Below, in pieces: positions 1-12,300 of a stretch of 64,000 nt of DNA. Source of the stretch: Octopus sinensis (Eukaryota); assembly GCF_006345805.1 (NCBI RefSeq), contig NC_043009.1, positions 23,064,001-23,128,000 of the forward strand. The letters run 5' to 3'. A model generated the notes under the pieces. It was not told the origin of the DNA. It saw only the letters and a list, made by a program, of their open reading frames with translations, and searched no databases. The position numbers were made by a program, and so were the translations under genes. Numbering within the stretch: position 1 is the stretch's first letter; each line of letters opens with the position of its first letter.

Positions 1-2542
1 GACTTCAGTGCCTACCTGCACAGCCTACCACGACTCTCGGCAAGAGAGGCAGAGTGCTGCGAAGGTGCCATCACGGCGGCGGATGTGCGGGACGCGATGG
101 CAGAATGCTCGAGAGACAAATCGCCGGGTTTGGATGGTCTGTCCTACGAGTTTAACAATTGTATGCCAGACTTGTTTGGAGACGTCTTGGCAGCGGTATA
201 CTGCAACTGGCAGCAAAACGGGAGCATACCCGGTTTTGTGAGTCGAGGAGCTGTGACACTGCTGAAGAAAGATCCAAACAAGGGGAACATTATAGATAAC
301 TTTAGACCAATCACTCTGCTCAATGCAGACCTGAAAATTTTGACAAAGGTGTTAGCCAAGAGGTTGGCGCTTGTCATCGAGAAACTGGTCGACAACGCAC
401 AAACGTGCGCCGTACAGGGCCGGAGCATCCATGACAACCTCCATCTGATGCGCTACATCATAGACAGGGTAGTTAACGAACCTGGCATGGGTGGGGCCCT
501 GATCAACTTGGATCAATCGAAAGCCTTCGATAGGGTAGACCATCGATACTTGGAGGCAGTCCTGAGAGCGGCTGGTTTCGGTCCCGTCTTCCGCGGCTGC
601 TGCCTTGTACAGAGGCATCCGTTCGGTAATTCGCGTAAATGGACATCTATCGAGACCTTTCGACATTGCACGTTCGGTCCGTCAGGGATGTCCCCTCTCG
701 GCGCTTCTATACGTATTGACTCTTGAGCCACTACTGCGGAAGCTGGCGACTCTGAGGGGCATCCCGCGAGAATTGGGATGCGGGACGAGCGTGTCTGCAT
801 ACGCGGACGACGTCACCGTCATACTGTCAAGCCACGAGCACATCGAGCAGGTCGGCGAGACACTGAAAGACTACGAAGCGGTGACAGGAGCAAAAATCAA
901 CCGGGAAAAGTCAGTGGGCTTGCGGCTCGGCACCTGGAAAAGCAAGCCCATGCCGTCCACCAGTACCTCCGTCGTGGGACGCTGGACAGACGGCCCGGTT
1001 GAGTTGCTCGGGGTCTGGTTCGGTCCGGACCTCCAAATGGAGAAGAACTGGAACGAGATAACGAGTAGGGTGGTCACTCTCGCCCAGAAATGGGCCGAGA
1101 GGAAACTGTCCCTAAAAGGTCGGGCGGAGGTGGCGAACACGTACATCGCGTCCATCATCTACTACCGCCTGACTGTCATACCTTGTCCCGACCCTACCAT
1201 CACCAAACTAGAACGCATTCTCTTCCGTTTCCTGTGGAAAGGATGTGTCCCGATGGTCAGGCGATCCATTTGCTGTCAACACACGTTAAAAGGAGGGCTG
1301 GGCATGCCGTGGTTGATGATGCGCAGACACGCGCTGAGACTGCGACATCTCCGGCTCTATGTAGACGACGGTGAACAGGTGTGGTCGCCGTTTGTGAGGC
1401 ACGCATTCCCGCAACTCGTCTCCATGACCGAACTGCAGTCGTGGATCAAAAAGAGGCCGAGGAAGGGCGAATGGCACCGCGAGTGTCGCGTTGCTCTCAA
1501 GCAACTCTGCCGTCCCGGGTCGACCTTGAGTGACTTCAACACAACCAAAGCATTCTATAGGGGATTAGTGGAGGGGAGGTACGACGACGATCTCGGGGCA
1601 AACCTGGGCGTCGACGAGGAATACCTGACCCGACTGTTTCAAACGACTTTCGGCCCGGGACCTATGGACAACTTCCAGAGATCCCTGGCCTGGCGGTGCT
1701 ACCGAGAAGCGCTACCCGTTCGGGATAAACTCTATAGGCATGGCTCGAGAAACACGGGGCCGACTTGCCCGAGATGCGGTCAGAGCGACGAAACCGCTCT
1801 GCACGCAATCGTGCAGTATCCAGCAATTTCCAACCTGTGGGCTTATGTCGAACGACTGCTGTCACGTGTGGGACGTGTCGGTTTATCAGCCGAGTCTATC
1901 GTTAATATCGTCACGCCTCCTTCCTTCAAACGGGAAGGAAGAGCTATTTTTATCATACTTGTGGCTATGGCGAAAGAATGTATCTGGTTGACGCGCCTGA
2001 AAGGATTAGAGACAAACACTTTCCTCTCTGGTCAATCTCTCATCAACTTCTTCAAGTATCACTTGAAGAGGAAAGTGAGAGTAGAGAGGCAAGTTTTGTC
2101 TAGTGAATGTTTTAAAAAAAGATGGGTGAATGTTACAAGGATGGCACGTATGAATGACGAAGCCACCTTGACTATGATTCTATGAACCATAAAAATTAAT
2201 ACAGAGAGTTGCTTTTTTCCCCCCAAAAAAAGAAAAAAAGAAATATAACATGTAACTTCATTGACCGAGGTTACCGTGGTCTTTTCCGTAGGCTTTTCTT
2301 TCCACGGGTAAACCTCACCTGTCCTCCCCTTTACACTTCATATTGACATTTCTGTGATAACGATCCCTATTGATCAATTTTTTCCTCTCCCCACTTTTTT
2401 TAACCCCCCCCCTTTTTTGTCCTCTTTCTCTCCTTTTACGATCCCTTTTGATCGACCCCCCTTTTTTTTACCTTCAAAAGAAAAGCTCTGCCTTGTAATT
2501 TGTTCTATCTGTGTGCAGCCCTGTGTGGCTAATAAAGAAACA
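1..2542 (+). mobile_element. Tx1/L1-clade non-LTR retrotransposon, copy 1 (3' part; 5' end outside window)
   Basis: RT motifs (PGLDG, RPITLLNAD, DQSKAFDRV, VRQGCPLS, YADD), C-terminal CPRC..ET..H zinc-knuckle-like motif, T-rich 3' UTR ending AATAAAGAAA directly into (TATC)n. Confidence 0.95.
85..2185 (+). pseudogene. Tx1 ORF2 reverse transcriptase and C-terminal domain, frameshifted near 600
   Basis: ORFs 85-726 and 605-2185 are consecutive RT segments, colinear with the ORF2 of copy 2. Confidence 0.9.
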
Positions 2543-2890
<348 letters not shown>

Positions 2891-2934
2891 TCTCTCACTT
2901 TCTCTCTCTCCACACTCATACACATCACACACAT

Positions 2935-3260
2935 ATATGAGTGGTTTGGTAAACAGAAACTGAAAGAAGCTCGTCGTATACACACACACGCACGCACATA
3001 TGTATATGTGGGTATGTGTGTGTGTGTCCCTATCACAGTTTGACAACCAGTGTTGGTTTGTTTACGTCCCTATAACTTAGCGCTTCGGCAAAATACACCG
3101 ATAATATAAGTATTAAAGTTCAGAAAAAAAAATACTGGGGTTGATTCATTCGGTTAAAACCCTAACCCTAACACTAACACTAACCCTAACACTAACCCTA
3201 ACCCTAATCATAACCCTCGAGGCGATGCACCTGCATGGCCGCAGTGAAATGATTCATACA
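2935..3260 (+). mobile_element. Partial composite tRNA-SINE (3' body, (TG)n, tail) containing a telomere-like tract
   Basis: Matches segments of the SINE copies at 57425-57855 and 61140-61566 in the opposite orientation. Confidence 0.7.
3158..3217 (+). repeat. Interstitial telomere-like (CCCTAA)n/(CACTAA)n tract, ~10 units
   Basis: aaccctaaccctaacactaacactaaccctaacactaaccctaaccctaatcataaccct. Confidence 0.85.
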
Positions 3261-3462
3261 AATAAAAGATTAAAGAAGAGCCTGCTTAGACATGCAAATG
3301 GCAGCGTAGTTACTGCAGCAAGCTACAATCCCCGCAGCTTTTTTTTTCATGTCGCTACATGACAAAATACACATATGCATATCGCTCCAGATATTTTCGT
3401 CAACACCCTAAAACACATTATCTTTACCCGTCAGCCCGGTCAAAAGCAAAGACCACATACAT

Positions 3463-3632
3463 AAGGCGCAGGAGTGGCTGTGTGGTAAGTAGCTTGCTTA
3501 CCAACCACATGGTTCCGGGTTCAGTTTCACTGTGTGGTACCTTGGGCAAGTGTCTTTTACTATACCCTCGGGCCGACCAAAGCATTGTGAGTGGATTTGG
3601 TAGACTGAAACTGAAAGAAGCCCGTCGTATAT
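3463..3632 (+). mobile_element. tRNA-derived SINE head and body (family B)
   Basis: A-box-like GTGGCTGTGTGGTAAG and B-box-like GGTTCAGT; recurs at ~41425-41580(-), 49045-49155(+), 57690-57855(-), 61410-61566(-), 63730-63890(-). Confidence 0.85.
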
Positions 3633-4455
3633 ATATGTATATATATATATATATATGTTAATAAAATAGAATATATGCATATATATAAACATATATGTAC
3701 GTACCTACCTCTACATGTACATATACACGCATATATGTGTACAGGACACCAAAAAGACGTCGAACACATAGAGAGACGAAACACATAGACACAAACCAAG
3801 GAACAAGACAAGCAAAAAAAAGGGAGAGATACAGGACAATAAGCACAACGAAAAAACCCCCTTCTTCAGTCGCTAAGATTTCATCTACTAAACGTTTCGA
3901 AGGATAAAAGCGAGACGTATACTTCGAAGAAAAATTCCTTCCCGCGAAAAGCAAATCAATTAAAATTCTGAGATCTTTTCGCAGAGGGGTAAAAAAAAAG
4001 GCAAGACGGTAACGACAGTACAAACATATAAACAGTAAAAAATATATATATAAACAGTGGAAAAATAAATATATAACAGTGAGAGACAAGACAAGGAGAA
4101 CAAGATAAGAAGGGCTGTTAACGCCAGACGAAAAAAGTATTGTAAACGCTGGATTATCGTGGAAGACAGAGAGGGAAATTTTGTCAACCAGAAGCCTTGC
4201 AAGGCGGGAGAGAAAAGACAGGATAGCAGTTACGACGGAAGTATCGTCGCAGATGGATGACGGGAATGGGGGAGGGAGAGAGCAAGAGGAAGAGAGAGAG
4301 AAGAAGGGGAATGGTGCGAGGAGACCATGAAGAATGGGGAAAGGGGAGAGAGAATGAAGAATGAGAGAGAGAGGAAGAGACAAGTTAAGTGAGGGAAAAA
4401 AAGACGAAAAAGGGAATGGGAGAGAAAGAAAGAAAGATGCAGAGTCGCGTGAGAG

Positions 4456-4502
<47 letters not shown>

Positions 4503-4529
4503 AAGGGTGAAAAGGAACACACGAGTTGA

Positions 4530-5583
4530 TATATATGAAAAAACAAGTAAAAAATAGAAAATGCTAAAATAATTTTATAGTGAACATTTCAGTACCGGTT
4601 TCGGTCATTTTGAGACCTTTTCAACTGTAACGATTAAATAATTAATTTAGAAAAATTAGAAGAAAGAAAAAGTTTTTTTAAAAGAATATTTCTATAGTAG
4701 TGTTCAGATTTAAGTGGCATTCTGCCTTTCTCTGACTCCCTTGTTTGCACTTGTGTGTTCGAGGTAGTTGTGAGCTCTTGGTAGGGTAGTAGAGAGAAGG
4801 CTGGTGAGGAAAGGGGGGTGGGAGAATCTGGGAGTGCCCTGATGGTCGTATTTTGAATGGTCAGTGGCGGCTGGCAGTCTCAGTTCAATTCAGGAGAATA
4901 TTTATATTGACAGGCTTCTTTATAGAATTAGCGTAGGTGTTATACTAAAAAACATTAGTGACAAACTTAGGGGGTGGGGGTGGAGAAGAAGAAGAAGAAG
5001 AAGAAGAAGAAAAGAAGGAGAAAGAGAAGGAGAAGATGACGATGATGGTGATGGTGGTGATGATTATGACGACGATGATGATGATAACGATGATGATGAA
5101 GAAGAAGAAGAAGAAGAAGAAGGAGGAGAAGGAGAAGATGGTGGTGATGATGGTGGCGATGATGATGATGCCGATGATGATGATAACGATGATGATGAAG
5201 AAGAAGAGGAAGAAGAAGAAGAAGAAAAAACAGAGAAGGGAGAATATGAATGTAAATATAGCTATGAAGGGGCTGATTAGTAATGGATTCTATTAAGTGT
5301 AGTATTTGTGTGTGTATATATATTTTTCTTTATTCTAAAGTTGAGGTATATTAATTGTTTGTCGTAGACCCGTTAAGAAGTGGCTTGTATTTTGTAATAA
5401 AGAGATTTTCTTTACTTATTCGTTGTCTCGAGGTTGTATCGTCCCTAAATTGGTAGAGGGGGAAAATTCTGAAGTTTGGTGTTTTTTTGTTGGCGCAAGT
5501 ATCTATGTGTTGGCTAAAAGCTATTTTTCTGTTTTGGGGAATTTTTATCTGGGATCTGTGCAGGGCCATTCGTTTACGCAAAC
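4530..5583 (-). repeat. Left arm of ~1.05 kb inverted repeat (copy of PLE 3' end and pLTR)
   Basis: The minus-strand ORF 5351-5599 repeats the GIY-YIG C-terminus; the (GAA)/(GAT) tracts mirror 7980-8230. Confidence 0.95.
4590..4627 (-). ncRNA. Identical hammerhead motif in the inverted pLTR
   Basis: Exact reverse complement of 8582-8619. Confidence 0.72.
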
Positions 5584-7923
5584 AAGCAGGAGGAACCAAA
5601 AGTAATAAAAATTATTAATCTAACTCACAAGGAACTAACAGCAAACCAAATAAACATACTTTCCAAAGGACTCAAGTTTACACCCACCCCACAACACCCC
5701 AACTACAATGAAATGAAAGAAGACATCGCAGAATTCTGCAGAAAATTAAGACTTACTGAGGAGCTATACGATAAATACAACGAGGACGAATCGTTAGCCA
5801 GAAATAGGAGTAACTACACCCCCTCGAAAGGTAAGAATAAAACACTTGATGATTTCTGTGACCACATATCAAATTACCCATATCAACATATGCACAAACA
5901 AAAACACAAACCAAACTTCAGCAAAAAAGAATGGGCTGAGTTGAACAAATTAAAACTAGATAAAACAATAACAATCAAAGAGGCCGATAAAGGGAGTGCT
6001 GTTGTCTTAATGGATACGACATTTTACATAACTTTGGTACTTTCTATGCTGGAAGACACAACATACTATGAAAAGGCACAAAACTACAGTCAACAAAAAA
6101 TAATGAGGGAACTAAAATCCATATTAAACCCATACAAAGCAGGGCTAACCGACAAAGAATATGATTATATGACCAATTTCACAAGTAAAACTAGCCAATT
6201 CTACGGTATACCTAAGATCCACAAAAGTGAAAAAATAAGCAACGCATGCAAGATAGCTACAGACAAAATAATTAAAGTCCCTAATCCTAATGACCTCAAA
6301 TTGAGACCCATAATAGCAGGTCCCGCATGCGAAACCCACCGCCTCAGTAACTTTTTAGACACCCTGTTAAAACCACTCCTCAAACATGTCAAAAGCTATA
6401 TAAGGGACGACTTAGATATGCTCAATCACCTACCGAATACTATAAACAAAAACACCATACTGGTATCCTTCGATGTAGTCAACCTCTACTCCAATATCCC
6501 CCACAACCTAGGACTAGAGGCAATCCAATTCTGGCTAGAGAATCACGCCAACGAACTACCACACCGCATCAAAAAAGAATTTGTGATAGAAGGGGTTAAA
6601 TTCATCCTGGAAAATAACTTCTTCGCCTTCAATGACAACTTCTACCGACAAAAATCGGGGACTGCGATGGGTACACGAATGGCCCCCTCCTTTGCCAACC
6701 TAGTCATAGGATACCTAGAGATCAGTCTGTATCGTAAGGTTCTAGAAAGATATGGCAGCCCTTTCTCCATCTACATAGAAAACAACTGGAAGAGATATCT
6801 AGATGACTGTTTCATCCTTTGCATAAAAATATAGAAAAACTCATAGAATTCCAGAAAATTTTAAACGGACTGGACGTAAACATCCAATTCACGATGGAAT
6901 ATAGCCAACAACAACTCCCCTTCCTCGATATCCTCATTAAGAAGCTAATAATATAATAGAAACAGACATATACTATAAGCCTACAGACTCTAAGCAATAT
7001 CTTCCATTCAATTCATGCCACCCCAGACACACCAGGATGAATATCCCCTTCAATCTAGCAAAAAGGATATGCACTATAGTCTCTAACGCAAACACCAGAG
7101 ACACACGACTACAAGAACTAAAAGATACCCTAATCACCAGGAACTATCCACCTTCACTTATTGACAAATGCATTCAACGTGCCCTTCAACTTAACATCAA
7201 GGAACTGAGACATCCCAAATCAAAGAAAAACTTACAACCAAAAGCCTTACCATACATCTCACACACAACCCTCTCAATAACGAAGCCTTCGACACCATCC
7301 TCCACAACATACCCCTCCTAAAAAAAGACCACAGAATGAACACAATCCTCCAAACACACACGATCATAAAAAGCAAAAGACAGCCTAGATCCATGAAAAG
7401 TCTCCTTACACAAGCCCGAATTCACTCTTCAACACAGAAGCCGACAGTAAAAAAATGTGGAAGACCCAATTGCGGGATATGCGACTATCTAATCGAGGGT
7501 TCTGAGTTCTCCTTCAAACAGGGACAACGTTTTACAGTGAAAAGCAACTTCACATGTGCTTCGGAGAACCTAATATACTCACTAACCTGCTCCGGGTGTC
7601 AAGAGCAGTACATAGGCCAAACAAAAAATGGTTTGCGTAAACGAATGGCCCTGCACAGATCCCAGATAAAAATTCCCCAAAACAGAAAAATAGCTTTTAG
7701 CCAACACATAGATACTTGCGCCAACAAAAAAACACCAAACTTCAGAATTTTCCCCCTCTACCAATTTAGGGACGATACAACCTCGAGACAACGAATAAGT
7801 AAAGAAAATCTCTTTATTACAAAATACAAGCCACTTCTTAAGGTCTACGACAAACAATTAATATACCTCAACTTTAGAATAAAAGAAAAAAATATATACA
7901 CACACAAATACTACACTCAATAG
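5584..7923 (+). pseudogene. PLE ORF: reverse transcriptase + GIY-YIG endonuclease (5'-truncated, 2-3 frameshifts)
   Basis: INLT..LT..ILSKGLKFTPTP N-terminus; IKEADKG, FYGIPKIHK, LRPII, DVVNLYSNIP, GTAMGT, YLDDCF; CGRPNCGIC zinc motif; NLIY..YIGQT endonuclease motif. Confidence 0.92.
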
Positions 7924-8581
7924 AATCCATTACTAATCAGCCCCTTCATAGCTATATTTACATTCATATTCTCCCTTCTCTGTTTTTTCTTCTTCTTCTC
8001 CTTCCTCTTCTTCTTCATCATCATCGTTATCATCATCATCGGCATCATCATCATCGCCACCATCATCACCACCATCTTCTCCTTCTCCTCCTTCTTCTTC
8101 TTCTTCTTCTTCTTCTTCATCATCATCGTTATCATCATCATCGTCGTCATAATCATCACCACCATCACCATCATCGTCATCTTCTCCTTCTCCTTCTCCT
8201 TCTTCTTCTTCTTCTTCTTCTTCTTCTTCTCCACCCCCTACCCCTTAAGTTTGTCACTAATGTTTTTTAGTATAACACCTACGCTAATTCTATAAAGAAG
8301 CCTGTCAATATAAATATTCTCCTGAATTGAACTGAGACTGCCAGCCGCCACTGACCATTCAAAATACGACCATCAGGGCACTCCCAGATTCTCCCACCCC
8401 CCTTTCCTCACCAGCCTTCTCTCTACTACCCTACCAAGAGCCACAAACTACCTCGAACACACAAGTGCAAACAAGGGAGTCAGAGAAAGGCAGAATGCAC
8501 TTAAATCTGAACACTACTATAGAAATATTCTTTTAAAAAAACTTTTCTTCTATTTTTCTAAATTTAATTATTTAATCGTTA

Positions 8582-8619
8582 CAGTTGAAAAGGTCTCAAA
8601 ATGACCGAAACCGGTACTG
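8582..8619 (+). ncRNA. Minimal type I hammerhead ribozyme in the PLE pLTR (U3-A8 core variant)
   Basis: CAG-TTGAAAA-GGTC/tcaaaat/GACC-GAAA-CCGG-TA-CTG: stem I CAG/CTG, stem II GGTC/GACC, palindromic stem III, GUA cleavage triplet. Confidence 0.75.
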
Positions 8620-8842
8620 AAATGTTCACTATAAAATTATTTTAGCATTTTCTATTTTTTACTTGTTTTTTCATATATATATATATATATATATTATGTG
8701 AAATAGAAAGATGAATAATCTGTAGTAGATTATCAAAAGTTTAACGATACTTAGTAGCAAAAATCACAGCAGTGAACAGCACGGTTGGAGGTACAAACAT
8801 CTGGCGTTGCAACCGTGCGTTGGTGCGGATAATTGAAATTAA

Positions 8843-9145
8843 AACATTATTGTGAATTGAAGAAATGGAGCTGAATGCAGATTGAACAGAAATCGTTTTA
8901 TTTCATTCTACACGTGTTCGAAAGGCACAAATTACCAAAATCCGATTGAATAATGGGACCATATTGTGTCTTCTCTTCAGGAAGAAAAAAGGATTTCCTT
9001 TTTTCTTCCTGAGAGAAAGACACATATGGTCCCATTATTCAATCGGATTTGGTATTTGTGCCTTTCGAAACAGTGTAGAATGAATAAAACGATTTCTGTT
9101 CAATCTGCATTCAGCTCCATTTCTTCAATTCACAATAATGTTTGA
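8843..9145. repeat. Fold-back palindrome (~150 bp arms), each arm carrying a hammerhead motif
   Basis: Arms differ only by single-base indels; consensus TTC-CTGAAGA-GAAAG...CTTTC-GAAA-CACGTG-TA-GAA. Confidence 0.85.
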
Positions 9146-9155
9146 TATATATATA

Positions 9156-9211
<56 letters not shown>

Positions 9212-9234
9212 TGTTGTGTTGTTTGGTGTTGTGT

Positions 9235-9415
9235 TGTCCCCCAACATCGCTTGACAACCGATGCTGGTGTGTTTACGTCCCCTTTAATAGGCGGTTCGGC
9301 AAAAGAGACCGATAGAATAAGTACTAGGCTTACAAAGAATAAGTCCTGGGGGCTCGACTAAAGGTGGTGCTCCAGCATGGCCGCAGTCAAATGACTGAAA
9401 CAAGTAAAAGAGTAA
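9235..9415 (+). mobile_element. SINE tail segment (family C)
   Basis: catcgcttgacaaccgatgctgg...gactgaaacaagtaaaagagt; recurs at ~23795-23960, 56300-56440, 57425-57620(-), 61140-61350(-). Confidence 0.85.
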
Positions 9416-9449
9416 AGGAGTATACATGCATACATACATAATATATTAT

Positions 9450-10030
9450 TATGGCTGCTCCCTCGTTATCGAGTATGGCCATTGCACGAAGCTTACCTGT
9501 TACTGGTGCTGTGATCGAATGTGACTTTTTAGCCCAGCTAAAGATCTACAATGTCTTGTACAAAATTGGCAACTAAAACCTTTACTGGTAATAGCCGGCT
9601 GTAGTTGTAACTGGGCTTCATGTACCTTTGCATGTCCTCCTGCTGAATTACACTCTCTTCCACATGCCCAACAGATATGATTAGTATGGTGTGTTACACC
9701 ACCACCAGTGGCCAGGTTGTCACTCATCTGTCTCGTTTTATGACTACGAAGATGACTCTTGAGTCCAGCTTTACTGAGGCATTGCATGTCAGCATCAAAG
9801 GAAGACCCTTCCCTTCTGGAAGTGTAACAGCGATGCCCTTGACATCCCTCCTTACTTTCTCATGTGCAACTCGAGATTTCTCCACCTGCTACGATCAATA
9901 GCTATACCTTCCCATGTGTCAGGAGAGATGCAAGCATCTCTTAAGGAAGCCTTCAGCAAATCATACCTCTTTTTTGGTTTATGTGGAGGTCGTTCTCCTT
10001 TAGCTAACTCTCCATAAAAGAGTTGTTATA
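9450..10030 (-). mobile_element. RTE-clade LINE 3' fragment with C-terminal C2H2-like zinc fingers
   Basis: Minus strand reads GE..KGERPPHKPKK followed by CWACGREC and CQFCTRHCRSLAGLKSHIRSQH. Confidence 0.7.
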
Positions 10031-11387
10031 TACATAATATATACATACATACATACATACATACATATAGAAATAACTGCAATAATAATCTGATTAACCG
10101 TAAACTCTGTGCTGGGATTCACACTCCTAACAGGGTAATAGTAGCAAATGTACTCTGATTGAGTCCGTCTTGCTCCCTGTGACCACCGTCGAAATCTGGT
10201 TTACATTAAAAATAGTTTGGAGAGTGGAGATAGTGAGTGAATGAGCAAGAGAAAGAGACAGGGAGGGAGAGAGAAAGTGAGAGATAAAGAGGGAGAGAGA
10301 ACAGAAAGAGAGAGAAAGAGTGAGTGAGGGAGGGGAGGGGAGGGGGAGAGAGAAGGAGGGAGAGTGTAATATGTCTAAATTGTCGTACTGAACCTATATG
10401 ATTCATCACTGGTATGTCGGAGTGTGCAGTATGGCCCTCATTTTGGCGGAAACGTGGTATATCTGGGAAGGAAGATGCATCTGTGGATAGCGTGTCTCAT
10501 CGTTCGACTCATTACTGTATGCTATATCATGGATGACCTGGGGTCTATATATTAGCTGCAGCAGCAGCAGCAACGATGGCGACGAGAGCAATATAGATTA
10601 ATCGAAATGTTCAACGCAGAAACATAATTTGCATACATATTCAGACACACACACACACACACGCACACACACACATACATATATACATACAGACGCACAC
10701 TCTCACACGCGCACAAACACACACATATACACACACAGTTTGCATGAGCAAACACATAAAAACACTGTAACAAACTCAGACGGACAAAACCAACAAGCTT
10801 CGTCTGCCAACACCAACGATCTTTATTCAATTCGCAACGTGTCGGGCTTTTCCACTTTTCCCAAACTTGGGAAGAAGCTGTCGTCTGCTTGCTTGAGTAT
10901 CTATTTCTGGTTTCCTTTGAAGAGATATACTCCAAACTCCCTCCCTCTCTAAACACAGTGTTTTACTTTATCGCTTTCCCCCACCACCTTCTCTCTCTTT
11001 CTCTCCTTCCTGTTCCATTTTGGTTCATTTTGTGTTTCATCTTCCTCCCTCTATTTATCTCTCTATCAATTTGTCAGTCAGTCTGTTTATCTATTTGTTA
11101 GTCACTCTCTCACTCGATCGTGTCTTCCATTCGAAACTTTCACGAACCTCTCAGTTATCTTTCTCTCATTATCTGATGCTCTTTCCCCCCTTTAACTCTT
11201 TCTTTCTTTCATCATCCCATAATTCCTTTATCAGCCGGTTACTTTTTCTCGTTATCGTTCCTCTTTTATTTTATTCTCTCAAGACGTGCATATATTCTAA
11301 GTATTTCGGTACTTCAGTCACCAGCGCCTATTCGCATTATCTACTTCTCTCTCTGTCTGTCTGTATGTCTCTGTCTGTCTGTCTGTC

Positions 11388-11432
<45 letters not shown>

Positions 11433-11451
11433 GTATATATATATATATATA

Positions 11452-11836
11452 TATATATAAAGCTGAAGTTGTCTGTGTATGGCAGGTTTGGTAGCCTTCA
11501 ACTAACACTATCTCCTCCGTGACCCTGCGGTGCAAGTTGACCAAAATTGAGAGTATGATAGAAGAAGGCTTGCTCTTCCTTCCGTAGAAGAAAAAAATTC
11601 AAATTGGACCATGTTAACACCAAAAATTATTTACATCAAAAAGGTGCTTTTTTTTCTATGAAAATCCCGATTTTTTACGATTTTTTGACTGATGTGTCGC
11701 CATTTTTCGGTGTATTTCAACCAGAAAAATGTTCACATAAATAGCTACATAATGCAAAATTTTTAATTTTCAAAAATATCAATTCTAAAGGGTTGAAAAG
11801 GAAACAAGCCCAAGCAACGCTGGGCTATATTGCTAG
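11452..11836 (+). mobile_element. Non-autonomous Helitron-type element
   Basis: TATATAAA-type start, 3' hairpin GCCCAAGCAACGCTGGGC then CTAG|T; a second copy lies at 29501-29892. Confidence 0.75.
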
Positions 11837-11849
11837 TGTATATATATAT

Positions 11850-12300
11850 ATCTTATATAAAATCCGTTCTGTCTGTCTGTGTGTATGTCTTCTAGGATCT
11901 CGGGCATCCTCCATCTGATTGCGCTCAAATTTGATATGTAGATACCGACGGTATCAGGACGGCGAGCTGGCAGAAACGTTAGCACGCCGGGCGAAATGCT
12001 TAGCGGTATTTCGTCTGCGTTACGTTGTGAGTTCAAATTCCGCCGAGGTCGACTTTGCCTTTCATCCTTTCGGGGTCGATAAATTAAGTACCAGTTGCGC
12101 ATTGGGGTCGATGTAATCGACTTGATACCTATGTCTGTCCTTGTTTGTCCCTTCTGTGTTTGGCCCCTTGTGGGTAATAAAGAAATAGGTATCAGGACGT
12201 GTATAAGTCTTGAAAAAATTACAAAAATCGATTCCAGGTGAGAATGTGATCGATAAAGCCGTTTTTGTCCTGCTTTTCTTCCGTCAACCTGTACATAACT
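11850..12300 (+). mobile_element. Second Helitron-type 5' region, interrupted by a SINE
   Basis: TCTTATATAAAA-(TGTC)n start typical of these elements; 3' end not found. Confidence 0.5.
11962..12187 (+). mobile_element. tRNA-derived SINE (family A, long form) with a 12-bp TSD
   Basis: A box TGGCAGAAACGTTAG, B box GTTCAAATTCC; TSD GGTATCAGGACG at 11950-11961 and 12188-12199; tail ends AATAAAGAAATA. Confidence 0.9.

Larger units (their letters stand above)
4530..8680 (+). mobile_element. Penelope-like element (PLE) with an inverted 5' pseudo-LTR
   Basis: RT + GIY-YIG ORF at 5584-7923; 4530-5583 is the reverse complement of 7631-8680. Confidence 0.93.

Noticed and set aside
11962-12030. tRNA genes suggested by A/B boxes
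   Set aside because: No cloverleaf; these are SINE heads.
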